Assembly: GCA_002189035.1 (NCBI GenBank)
Contig: NEEC01000191.1
Span: 1-22,715, forward strand
Direction of reading: 5' to 3'
DNA: 22,715 bases
From: Utricularia gibba
Taxonomy: Eukaryota > Plantae > Magnoliophyta
In this document: piece by piece, positions 11,618 to 22,715 of the stretch
Position numbering within the stretch: the first letter of the stretch is position 1
Layout: each line of letters starts with the position of its first letter
Made by a program: the position numbers and the translations under genes
Notes under the pieces: model-generated
The model's input: only the letters and a program-made list of their open reading frames with translations
Told to the model about the DNA's origin: nothing
Databases searched by the model: none

Positions 11618-11895
11618 CACGTGACATCATAATTTAAACATCGCATCCAGTTGACCTCATTACAGAATTCAAGGACCAAGTTCGCGAGACTGGCCGCCAC
11701 AAAACGAGAAGCGGTTCCTTGAAAAACCATGTAGGCAGCCCCCGAAAACCGAACGATAATAAATACATCACTTTATTTGCCGGACTACAACTAACTCTCG
11801 GTGCAAGCCAAACATTACCTTTGTCCCGTTCCAGGTGCACCCAAAGACCGCCTGCTCAAGTATAAAGTAAGTTGTTGAAAAAATCATGTGGGGTG
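11618..11895. repeat. Degenerate unit (278 bp)
   Basis: Several small deletions within ~11640-11690; marker spacing is 278. Confidence 0.8.
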
Positions 11896-14800
11896 CACGT
11901 GACATCATAATTTAAACAAATGCATCATTTTTTTTAATCGATTTGCATCCAGTTGACCTCATGAGCCATACAGAATCGGGGTCAAGGACCAAGTTCCCAG
12001 CGAGACTGGCCGCCACAAAACGAGAAGCGGTTCCTTGAAAAACCATGTAGGCAGCCCCGAAAACCGAACGATAATAAATACATCACTTTATTTGCCGGAC
12101 TACAACTAACTCTCGGTGCAAGCCAAACATTACCTTTGTCCCGTTCCAGGTGCACCCAAAGACCGCCTGCTCAAGTATAAAGTAAGTTGTTGAAAAAATC
12201 ATGTGGGGTGCACGTGACATCATAATTTAAACAAATGCATCATTTTTTTTAATCGATTTGCATCCAGTTGACCTCATGAGCCATACAGAATCGGGGTCAA
12301 GGACCAAGTTCCCAGCGAGACTGGCCGCCACAAAACGAGAAGCGGTTCCTTGAAAAACCATGTAGGCAGCCCCGAAAACCGAACGATAATAAATACATCA
12401 CTTTATTTGCCGGACTACAACTAACTCTCGGTGCAAGCCAAACATTACCTTTGTCCCGTTCCAGGTGCACCCAAAGACCGCCTGCTCAAGTATAAAGTAA
12501 GTTGTTGAAAAAATCATGTGGGGTGCACGTGACATCATAATTTAAACAAATGCATCATTTTTTTTAATCGATTTGCATCCAGTTGACCTCATGAGCCATA
12601 CAGAATCGGGGTCAAGGACCAAGTTCCCAGCGAGACTGGCCGCCACAAAACGAGAAGCGGTTCCTTGAAAAACCATGTAGGCAGCCCCCGAAAACCGAAC
12701 GATAATAAATACATCACTTTATTTGCCGGACTACAACTAACTCTCGGTGCAAGCCAAACATTACCTTTGTCCCGTTCCAGGTGCACCCAAAGACCGCCTG
12801 CTCAAGTATAAAGTAAGTTGTTGAAAAAATCATGTGGGGTGCACGTGACATCATAATTTAAACAAATGCATCATTTTTTTTAATCGATTTGCATCCAGTT
12901 GACCTCATGAGCCATACAGAATCGGGGTCAAGGACCAAGTTCCCAGCGAGACTGGCCGCCACAAAACGAGAAGCGGTTCCTTGAAAAACCATGTAGGCAG
13001 CCCCGAAAACCGAACGATAATAAATACATCACTTTATTTGCCGGACTACAACTAACTCTCGGTGCAAGCCAAACATTACCTTTGTCCCGTTCCAGGTGCA
13101 CCCAAAGACCGCCTGCTCAAGTATAAAGTAAGTTGTTGAAAAAATCATGTGGGGTGCACGTGACATCATAATTTAAACAAATGCATCATTTTTTTTAATC
13201 GATTTGCATCCAGTTGACCTCATGAGCCATACAGAATCGGGTCAAGGACCAAGTTCCCAGCGAGACTGGCCGCCACAAAACGAGAAGCGGTTCCTTGAAA
13301 AACCATGTAGGCAGCCCCCGAAAACCGAACGATAATAAATACATCACTTTATTTGCCGGACTACAACTAACTCTCGGTGCAAGCCAAACATTACCTTTGT
13401 CCCGTTCCAGGTGCACCCAAAGACCGCCTGCTCAAGTATAAAGTAAGTTGTTGAAAAAATCATGTGGGGTGCACGTGACATCATAATTTAAACAAATGCA
13501 TCATTTTTTTTAATCGATTTGCATCCAGTTGACCTCATGAGCCATACAGAATCGGGTCAAGGACCAAGTTCCCAGCGAGACTGGCCGCCACAAAACGAGA
13601 AGCGGTTCCTTGAAAAACCATGTAGGCAGCCCCCGAAAACCGAACGATAATAAATACATCACTTTATTTGCCGGACTACAACTAACTCTCGGTGCAAGCC
13701 AAACTTACCTTTGTCCCGTTCCAGGTGCACCCAAAGACCGCCTGCTCAAGTATAAAGTAAGTTGTTGAAAAAATCATGTGGGTGCACGTGACATCATAAT
13801 TTAAACAAATGCATCATTTTTTTTAATCGATTTGCATCCAGTTGACCTCATGAGCCATACAGAATCGGGTCAAGGACCAAGTTCCCAGCGAGACTGGCCG
13901 CCACAAAACGAGAAGCGGTTCCTTGAAAAACCATGTAGGCAGCCCCCGAAAACCGAACGATAATAAATACATCACTTTATTTGCCGGACTACAACTAACT
14001 CTCGGTGCAAGCCAAACATTACCTTTGTCCCGTTCCAGGTGCACCCAAAGACCGCCTGCTCAAGTATAAAGTAAGTTGTTGAAAAAATCATGTGGGGTGC
14101 ACGTGACATCATAATTTAAACAAATGCATCATTTTTTTTAATCGATTTGCATCCAGTTGACCTCATGAGCCATACAGAATCGGGGTCAAGGACCAAGTTC
14201 CCAGCGAGACTGGCCGCCACAAAACGAGAAGCGGTTCCTTGAAAAACCATGTAGGCAGCCCCCGAAAACCGAACGATAATAAATACATCACTTTATTTGC
14301 CGGACTACAACTAACTCTCGGTGCAAGCCAAACATTACCTTTGTCCCGTTCCAGGTGCACCCAAAGACCGCCTGCTCAAGTATAAAGTAAGTTGTTGAAA
14401 AAATCATGTGGGGTGCACGTGACATCATAATTTAAACAAATGCATCATTTTTTTTAATCGATTTGCATCCAGTTGACCTCATGAGCCATACAGAATCGGG
14501 GTCAAGGACCAAGTTCCCAGCGAGACTGGCCGCCACAAAACGAGAAGCGGTTCCTTGAAAAACCATGTAGGCAGCCCCCGAAAACCGAACGATAATAAAT
14601 ACATCACTTTATTTGCCGGACTACAACTAACTCTCGGTGCAAGCCAAACTTACCTTTGTCCCGTTCCAGGTGCACCCAAAGACCGCCTGCTCAAGTATAA
14701 AGTAAGTTGTTGAAAAAATCATGTGGGGTGCACGTGACATCATAATTTAAACAAATGCATCATTTTTTTTAATCGATTTGCATCCAGTTGACCTCATGAG

Positions 14801-16595
14801 CCATACAGAATCGGGTCAAGGACCAAGTTCCAGCGAGACTGGCCGCCACAAAACGAGAAGCGGTTCCTTGAAAAACCATGTAGGCAGCCCCCGAAAACCG
14901 AACGATAATAAATACATCACTTTATTTGCCGGACTACAACTAACTCTCGGTGCAAGCCAAACATTACCTTTGTCCCGTTCCAGGTGCACCCAAAGACCGC
15001 CTGCTCAAGTATAAAGTAAGTTGTTGAAAAAATCATGTGGGGTGCACGTGACATCATAATTTAAACAAATGCATCATTTTTTTTAATCGATTTGCATCCA
15101 GTTGACCTCATGAGCCATACAGAATCGGGTCAAGGACCAAGTTCCCAGCGAGACTGGCCGCCACAAAACGAGAAGCGGTTCCTTGAAAAACCATGTAGGC
15201 AGCCCCGAAAACCGAACGATAATAAATACATCACTTTATTTGCCGGACTACAACTAACTCTCGGTGCAAGCCAAACATTACCTTTGTCCCGTTCCAGGTG
15301 CACCCAAAGACCGCCTGCTCAAGTATAAAGTAAGTTGTTGAAAAAATCATGTGGGGTGCACGTGACATCATAATTTAAACAAATGCATCATTTTTTTTAA
15401 TCGATTTGCATCCAGTTGACCTCATGAGCCATACAGAATCGGGGTCAAGGACCAAGTTCCCAGCGAGACTGGCCGCCACAAAACGAGAAGCGGTTCCTTG
15501 AAAAACCATGTAGGCAGCCCCCGAAAACCGAACGATCATCACTTTATTTGCCGACTACAACTAACTCTCGGTGCAAGCCAAACATTACCTTTGTCCCGTT
15601 CCAGTGCACCCAAAGACCGCCTGCTCAAGTATAAAGTAAGTTGTTGAAAAAATCCACGTGACATCATAATTTAAACAAATGCATCATTTTTTTTAATCGA
15701 TTTGCATCCAGTTGACCTCATGAGCCATACAGAATCGGGTCAAGGACCAAGTTCCCAGCGAGACTGGCCGCCACAAAACGAGAAGCGGTTCCTTGAAAAA
15801 CCATGTAGGCAGCCCCCGAAAACCGAACGATAATAAATACATCACTTTATTTGCCGGACTACAACTAACTCTCGGTGCAAGCCAAACATTACCTTTGTCC
15901 CGTTCCAGGTGCACCCAAAGACCGCCTGCTCAAGTATAAAGTAAGTTGTTGAAAAAATCATGTGGGTGCACGTGACATCATAATTTAAAGAAATGCATCA
16001 TTTTTTTAATCGATTTGCATCCAGTTGACCTCATGAGCCATACAGAATCGGGTCAAGGACCAAGTTCCCAGCGAGACTGGCCGCCACAAAACGAGAAGCG
16101 GTTCCTTGAAAAACCATGTAGGCAGCCCCCGAAAACCGAACGATAATAAATACATCACTTTATTTGCCGGACTACAACTAACTCTCGGTGCAAGCCAAAC
16201 ATTACCTTTGTCCCGTTCCAGTGCACCCAAAGACGCCTGCTCAAGTATAAAGTAAGTTGTTGAAAAAATCATGTGGGGTGCACGTGACATCATAATTTAA
16301 AGAAATGCATCATTTTTTTTAATCGATTTGCATCCAGTTGACCTCATGAGCCATACAGAATCGGGTCAAGGACCAAGTTCCCAGCGAGACTGGCCGCCAC
16401 AAAACGAGAAGCGTTCCTTGAAAAACCATGTAGGCAGCCCCCGAAAAACCGAACGATAATAAATACATCACTTTATTTGCCAGACTACAACTAACTCTCG
16501 GTGCAAGCCAAACATTACCTTTGTCCCGTTCCAGGTGCACCCAAAGACCGCCTGCTCAAGTATAAAGTAAGTTGTTGAAAAAATCATGTGGGGTG

Positions 16596-16799
16596 CACGT
16601 GACATCATAATTTAAACAAATGCATCATTTTTTTTAATCGATTTGCATCCAGTTGACCTCATGAGCCATACAGAATTTATTTGCCGGACTACAACTAACT
16701 CTCGGTGCAAGCCAAACATTACCTTTGTCCCGTTCCAGGTGCACCCAAAGACCGCCTGCTCAAGTATAAAGTAAGTTGTTGAAAAAATCATGTGGGGTG
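16596..16799. repeat. Internally deleted unit (204 bp, 112-bp deletion)
   Basis: CAGAAT joins directly to TTATTTGCC at 16676/16677. Marker spacing is 204 instead of 316. Confidence 0.85.
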
Positions 16800-17428
16800 C
16801 ACGTGACATCATAATTTAAACAAATGCATCATTTTTTTTAATCGATTTGCATCCAGTTGACCTCATGAGCCATACAGAATCGGGGTCAAGGACCAAGTTC
16901 CCAGCGAGACTGGCCGCCACAAAACGAGAAGCGGTTCCTTGAAAAACCATGTAGGCAGCCCCCGAAAACGAACGATAATAAATACATCACTTTATTTGCC
17001 GGACTACAACTAACTCTCGGTGCAAGCCAAACTTACCTTTGTCCCGTTCCAGGTGCACCCAAAGACCGCCTGCTCAAGTATAAAGTAAGTTGTTGAAAAA
17101 ATCATGTGGGGTGCACGTGACATCATAATTTAAACAAATGCATCATTTTTTTTAATCGATTTGCATCCAGTTGACCTCATGAGCCATACAGAATCGGGGT
17201 CAAGGACCAAGTTCCCAGCGAGACTGGCCGCCACAAAACGAGAAGCGGTTCCTTGAAAAACCATGTAGGCAGCCCCGAAAACCGAACGATAATAAATACA
17301 TCACTTTATTTGCCGGACTACAACTAACTCTCGGTGCAAGCCAAACATTACCTTTGTCCCGTTCCAGGTGCACCCAAAGACCGCCTGCTCAAGTATAAAG
17401 TAAGTTGTTGAAAAAATCATGTGGGGTG

Positions 17429-17731
17429 CACGTGATATCGTAATTTAAACAAATGCATCATTTATTCATCGATTTGCATCCTTTGTCCTCATGAGCCATA
17501 AAGAATCGGGGCCGGACCAAGTTCCTAGCGAGACTGGCCGCCACAAAACGAGAAGCTGTTCCTTGAAAAACCATGTAGGCAACACCGAAAACCGAACGTT
17601 AATAAATACATCACTTTCTTTGCCGGGCTACAACTTACTTTGGGCCAAGCCTAAGCTGACTTTTCCGGTTCCAAGTGCCCCAAAACCGCCTCCTCATGTA
17701 TAAAGTATGTTGTTAAAAAATCATGTGGGTG
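17429..17731. repeat. Type-B variant unit 1
   Basis: Diagnostic changes versus A: GATATCGT, CATAAAG, CCTAGC, GCTGTT, GCAACACC, CGTTAA, TTTCTTT, GGGCTAC, AAGCTGA, TTCCAAG, GTTGTTAAAA. Confidence 0.92.
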
Positions 17732-18271
17732 CACGTGACATCGTAATTTAAACAAATGCATCATTTTTTTTATTCGATTTGCATCCAGTTGACCTCATGA
17801 GCCAACAGAATGGGGTCAAGGACCAAGTTCCCAGCGAGACTGGCCGCCACAAAACGAGAAGCGGTTCCTTGAAAAACCATGTAGGCAGCCCCGAAAACGA
17901 ACGATAATAAATACATCACTTTATTTGCCGGACTACAACTAACTCTCGGTGCAAGCCAAACATTACCTTTGTCCGTTCCAGGTGCACCCAAAGACCGCCT
18001 GCTCAAGTATAAAGTAAGTTGTTGAAAAAATCATGTGGGGTGCACGTGACATCATAATTTAAACAAATGCATCATTTTTTTTAATCGATTTGCATCCAGT
18101 TGACCTCATGAGCCATACAGAATCGGGTCAAGGACCAAGTTCCCAGCGAGACTGGCCGCCACAAAACGAGAAGCGGTTCCTTGAAAAACCATGTAGGCAG
18201 CCCCCGAAAACCGAACGATAATAAATACATCACTTTATTTGCCGGACTACAACTAACTCTCGGTGCAAGCC

Positions 18272-18340
18272 AAGCTTACTTTTGTCCGGTTCCAATGCCC
18301 CCAAGACCGCCTGCTCAAGTATAAAGTAAGTTGTTAAAAA
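18272..18340. repeat. A/B mosaic tract at the 3' end of an otherwise A unit
   Basis: AAGCT, TCCGGTTCCAA, TGCCCC and GTTGTTAAAA (B-like) are mixed with TTAC, TGTCC and CTGCTC (A-like). Confidence 0.75.
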
Positions 18341-18670
18341 AAATCATGTGGGGTGCACGTGACATCATAATTTAAACAAATGCATCATTTTTTTTAATCG
18401 ATTTGCATCCAGTTGACCTCATGAGCCATACAGAATCGGGGTCAAGGACCAAGTTCCCAGCGAGACTGGCCGCCACAAAACGAGAAGCGGTTCCTTGAAA
18501 AACCATGTAGGCAGCCCCCGAAAACGAACGATAATAAATACATCACTTTATTTGCCGGACTACAACTAACTCTCGATGCAAGCCAAACCTTACCTTTGTC
18601 CCGTTCCAGGTGCACCCAAAGACCGCCTGCTCAAGTATAAAGTAAGTTGTTGAAAAAATCATGTGGGGTG

Positions 18671-18983
18671 CACGTGATATCGTAATTTAAACAAATGCAT
18701 CATTGTATTCATCGATTTGCATCCTTTTGTCCTCATGAGCCATAAAGAATCGCGGGCCCGGACCAAGTTCCTAGCGAGACTGGCCGCCACAAAACGAGAA
18801 GCTGTTCCTTGAAAAACCATGTAGGCAACACCGAAAACCGAACGTTAATAAATACATCACTTTCTTTGCCGGGCTACAACTTACTTTGGGCCAAGCCTAA
18901 GCTGATCTTTTTCCGGTTCCAAGTGCCCCCCAAAGACCGCCTCCTCAAGTATAAAGTAGTTGTTAAAAAAATCATGTGGGGTG
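18671..18983. repeat. Type-B variant unit 2
   Basis: Same diagnostic set, plus CATTGTATTCATCG, CGCGGGCCCGG and GCTGATC. Confidence 0.92.
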
Positions 18984-20239
18984 CACGTGACATCGTAATT
19001 TAAACAAATGCATCATTTTTTTTATTCGATTTGCATCCAGTTGACCTCATGAGCCAACAGAATCGGGGTCAAGGACCAAGTTCCCAGCGAGACTGGCCGC
19101 CAAAAACGAGAAGCGGTTCCTTGAAAAACCATGTAGGCAGCCCCCGAAAACGAACGATAATAAATACATCACTTTATTTGCCGGACTACAACTAACTCTC
19201 GGTGCAAGCCAAACATTACCTTTGTCCCGTTCCAGGTGCACCCAAAGACCGCCTGCTCAAGTATAAAGTAAGTTGTTGAAAAAATCATGTGGGGTGCACG
19301 TGACATCATAATTTAAACAAATGCATCATTTTTTTTAATCGATTTGCATCCAGTTGACCTCATGAGCCATACAGAATCGGGGTCAAGGACCAAGTTCCCA
19401 GCGAGACTGGCCGCCACAAAAACGAGAAGCGGTTCCTTGAAAAACCATGTAGGCAGCCCCCGAAAACCGAACGATAATAAATACATCACTTTATTTGCCG
19501 GACTACAACTAACTCTCGGTGCAAGCCAAACTTACCTTTGTCCCGTTCCAGGTGCACCCAAAGACCGCCTGCTCAAGTATAAAGTAAGTTGTTGAAAAAA
19601 TCATGTGGGGTGCACGTGACATCATAATTTAAACAAATGCATCATTTTTTTTAATCGATTTGCATCCAGTTGACCTCATGAGCCATACAGAATCGGGGTC
19701 AAGGACCAAGTTCCCAGCGAGACTGGCCGCCACAAAACGAGAAGCGGTTCCTTGAAAAACCATGTAGGCAGCCCCCGAAAACCGAACGATAATAAATACA
19801 TCACTTTATTTGCCGGACTACAACTAACTCTCGGTGCAAGCCAAACTACCTTTGTCCCGTTCCAGGTGCACCCAAAGACCGCCTGCTCAAGTATAAAGTA
19901 AGTTGTTGAAAAAATCATGTGGGGTGCACGTGACATCATAATTTAAACAAATGCATCATTTTTTTTAATCGATTTGCATCCAGTTGACCTCATGAGCCAT
20001 ACAGAATCGGGGTCAAGGACCAAGTTCCCAGCGAGACTGGCCGCCACAAAACGAGAAGCGGTTCCTTGAAAAACCATGTAGGCAGCCCCCGAAAACCGAA
20101 CGATAATAAATACATCACTTTATTTGCCGGACTACAACTAACTCTCGTGCAAGCCAAACTTACCTTTGTCCCGTTCCAGGTGCACCCAAAGACCGCTGCT
20201 CAAGTATAAAGTAAGTTGTTGAAAAAATCATGTGGGGTG

Positions 20240-20546
20240 CACGTGATATCGTAATTTAAACAAATGCATCATTTTTTCATCGATTTGCATCCTTTTGTCC
20301 TCATGAGCCATAAAGAATCGCGGGCCGGACCAAGTTCCTAGCGAGACTGGCCGCCACAAAACGAGAAGCTGTTCCTTGAAAAACCATGTAGGCAACACCG
20401 AAAACCGAACGTTAATAAATACATCACTTTATTTGCCGGGCTACAACTACTTTGGGCAAGCCTAAGCTGATCTTTTTCCGGTTCCAGTGCCCCAAAGACC
20501 GCCTGCTCAAGTATAAAGTAAGTTGTTAAAAAAATCATGTGGGGTG
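20240..20546. repeat. Type-B variant unit 3 (some positions A-like)
   Basis: Carries most B markers, but has A-type CTTTATTT, GCCTGCTC and TTCCAG. Confidence 0.88.
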
Positions 20547-21087
20547 CACGTGACATCATAATTTAAACAAATGCATCATTTTTTTTATTCGATTTGCATC
20601 CAGTTGACCTCATGAGCCATACAGAATCGGGGTCAAGGACCAAGTTCCAGCGAGACTGGCCGCCACAAAACGAGAAGCGGTTCCTTGAAAAACCATGTAG
20701 GCAGCCCCCGAAAACCGAACGATAATAAATACATCACTTTATTTGCCGGACTACAACTAACTCTCGTGCAAGCCAAACATTACCTTTGTCCCGTTCCAGG
20801 TGCACCCAAAGACCGCCTGCTCAAGTATAAAGTAAGTTGTTGAAAAAATCATGTGGGGTGCACGTGACATCATAATTTAAACAAATGCATCATTTTTTTT
20901 AATCGATTTGCATCCAGTTGACCTCATGAGCCATACAGAATCGGGTCAAGGACCAAGTTCCCAGCGAGACTGGCCGCCACAAAACGAGAAGCGGTTCCTT
21001 GAAAAACCATGTAGGCAGCCCGAAAACCGAACGATAATAAATACATCACTTTATTTGCCGGACTACAACTAACTCTCGGTGCAAGCC

Positions 21088-21150
21088 AAGCTGATTTTGT
21101 CCGTTCCACCCCAAGACCGCCTGCTCAAGTATAAAGTAAGTTGTTAAAAA
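21088..21150. repeat. Second A/B mosaic tract at the 3' end of an otherwise A unit
   Basis: AAGCTGAT and GTTGTTAAAA (B-like) inside an A unit. Confidence 0.75.
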
Positions 21151-22421
21151 ATCATGTGGGGTGCACGTGACATCATAATTTAAACAAATGCATCATTTTT
21201 TTTTAATCGATTTGCATCCAGTTGACCTCATGAGCCATACAGAATCGGGGTCAAGGACCAAGTTCCCAGCGAGACTGGCCGCCACAAACGAGAAGCGGTT
21301 CCTTGAAAAACCATGTAGGCAGCCCCCGAAAACCGAACGATAATAAATACATCACTTTATTTGCCGGACTACAACTAACTCTCGGTGCAAGCCAAACATT
21401 ACCTTTGTCCCGTTCCAGGTGCACCCAAAGACCGCCTGCTCAAGTATAAAGTAAGTTGTTGAAAAAATCATGTGGGGTGCACGTGACATCATAATTTAAA
21501 CAAATGCATCATTTTTTTAATCGATTTGCATCCAGTTGACCTCATGAGCCATACAGAATCGGGGTCAAGGACCAAGTTCCCAGCGAGACTGGCCGCCACA
21601 AACGAGAAGCGGTTCCTTGAAAACCATGTAGGCAGCCCCGAAAACGAACGATAATAAATACATCACTTTATTTGCCGGACTACAACTAACTCTCGGTGCA
21701 AGCCAAACCTTACCTTTGTCCCGTTCCAGGTGCACCCAAAGACCGCCTGCTCAAGTATAAAGTAAGTTGTTGAAAAAATCATGTGGGGTGCACGTGACAT
21801 CATAATTTAAACAAATGCATCATTTTTTTTAATCGATTTGCATCCAGTTGACCTCATGAGCCATACAGAATCGGGGTCAAGGACCAAGTTCCCAGCGAGA
21901 CTGGCCGCCACAAAACGAGAAGCGGTTCCTTGAAAAACCATGTAGGCAGCCCCCGAAAACGAACGATAATAAATACATCACTTTATTTGCCGGACTACAA
22001 CTAACTCTCGGTGCAAGCCAAACTTACCTTTGTCCCGTTCCAGGTGCACCCAAAGACCGCCTGCTCAAGTATAAAGTAAGTTGTTGAAAAAAATCATGTG
22101 GGGTGCACGTGACATCATAATTTAAACAAATGCATCATTTTTTTTAATCGATTTGCATCCAGTTGACCTCATGAGCCATACAGAATCGGGGTCAAGGACC
22201 AAGTTCCCAGCGAGACTGGCCGCCACAAAACGAGAAGCGGTTCCTTGAAAAACCATGTAGGCAGCCCCCGAAAACCGAACGATAATAAATACATCACTTT
22301 ATTTGCCGGACTACAACTAACTCTCGGTGCAAGCCAAACCTTACCTTTGTCCCGTTCCAGGTGCACCCAAAGACCGCCTGCTCAAGTATAAAGTAAGTTG
22401 TTGAAAAAATCATGTGGGGTG

Positions 22422-22715
22422 CACGTGATATCGTAATTTAAACAAATGCATCATTGTATTCATCGATTTGTATCCTTTTGTCCTCATGAGCCATAAAGAA
22501 TCGCGGGCCCGGACCAAGTTCCTAGCGAGACTGGCCGCCACAAAACGAGAAGCTGTTCCTTGAAAAACCATGTAGGCAACACCGAAAACCGAACGTTAAT
22601 AAATACATCACTTTCTTTGCCGGGCTACAACTTACTTTGGGCCAAGGCCTAAGCTGATCTTTTCCGGTTCCAAGTGCCCCCCAAAACCGCCTCCTCATGT
22701 ATAAAGTATGTTGTT
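22422..22715. repeat. Type-B variant unit 4 (truncated by window end)
   Basis: GATATCGT, CATTGTATTC, CGCGGGCCCGG, GCAACACC, AAGCTGATC, TTCCAAG. Confidence 0.92.

Larger units (their letters stand above)
1..22715. repeat. Tandem satellite-like array of a ~316-bp unit, ~73 copies, running off both window ends
   Basis: The CACGTGA marker recurs at ~315-bp spacing from ~126 to 22422 (73 occurrences counted). All copies are in the same orientation and no unique sequence interrupts them. Confidence 0.98.

Noticed and set aside
162-22366. Recurring 61-95 aa ORFs (MHLERDKG... on minus, MHPVDLMS... on plus)
   Set aside because: They are the same unit translated repeatedly, their ends change with homopolymer length, no frame stays open across units, and I recognise no domain.
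1-22715. CRISPR array
   Set aside because: There are no unique spacers, the whole 316 bp repeats, and there are no cas genes.
1-22715. Whole window as a rolling-circle or sequencing concatemer of one template
   Set aside because: Four B units share dozens of identical substitutions with ordered neighbours, and adjacent units share a private SNP. A single template plus random error would not produce this.

Overview
The whole window is one head-to-tail tandem array of a ~316-bp, ~45% GC unit. I count 73 copies of its CACGTGA marker. There is no unique flank, so host and locus cannot be assigned. It is best described as satellite-like DNA, probably eukaryotic, probably from a long read or an imperfectly polished long-read assembly, because most copy-to-copy differences are homopolymer indels. 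I find no supportable protein-coding or RNA gene; the listed ORFs are by-products of the repeat. The structure of interest is in the array itself. (1) The 316-mer is a diverged dimer of a ~158-bp ancestral monomer. (2) The first ~17.4 kb is almost purely one variant (A); after that a ~12%-diverged variant (B) recurs every 4, 5 and 7 units with characteristic neighbours. (3) A/B divergence is uneven and in phase with the 158-bp sub-period. (4) Each unit carries a palindrome cluster, an E-box/CDEI-type site, an octamer, and weak splice-like and Pol III-like signal geometries, which I report only as testable hypotheses. All counts and alignments were done by eye.
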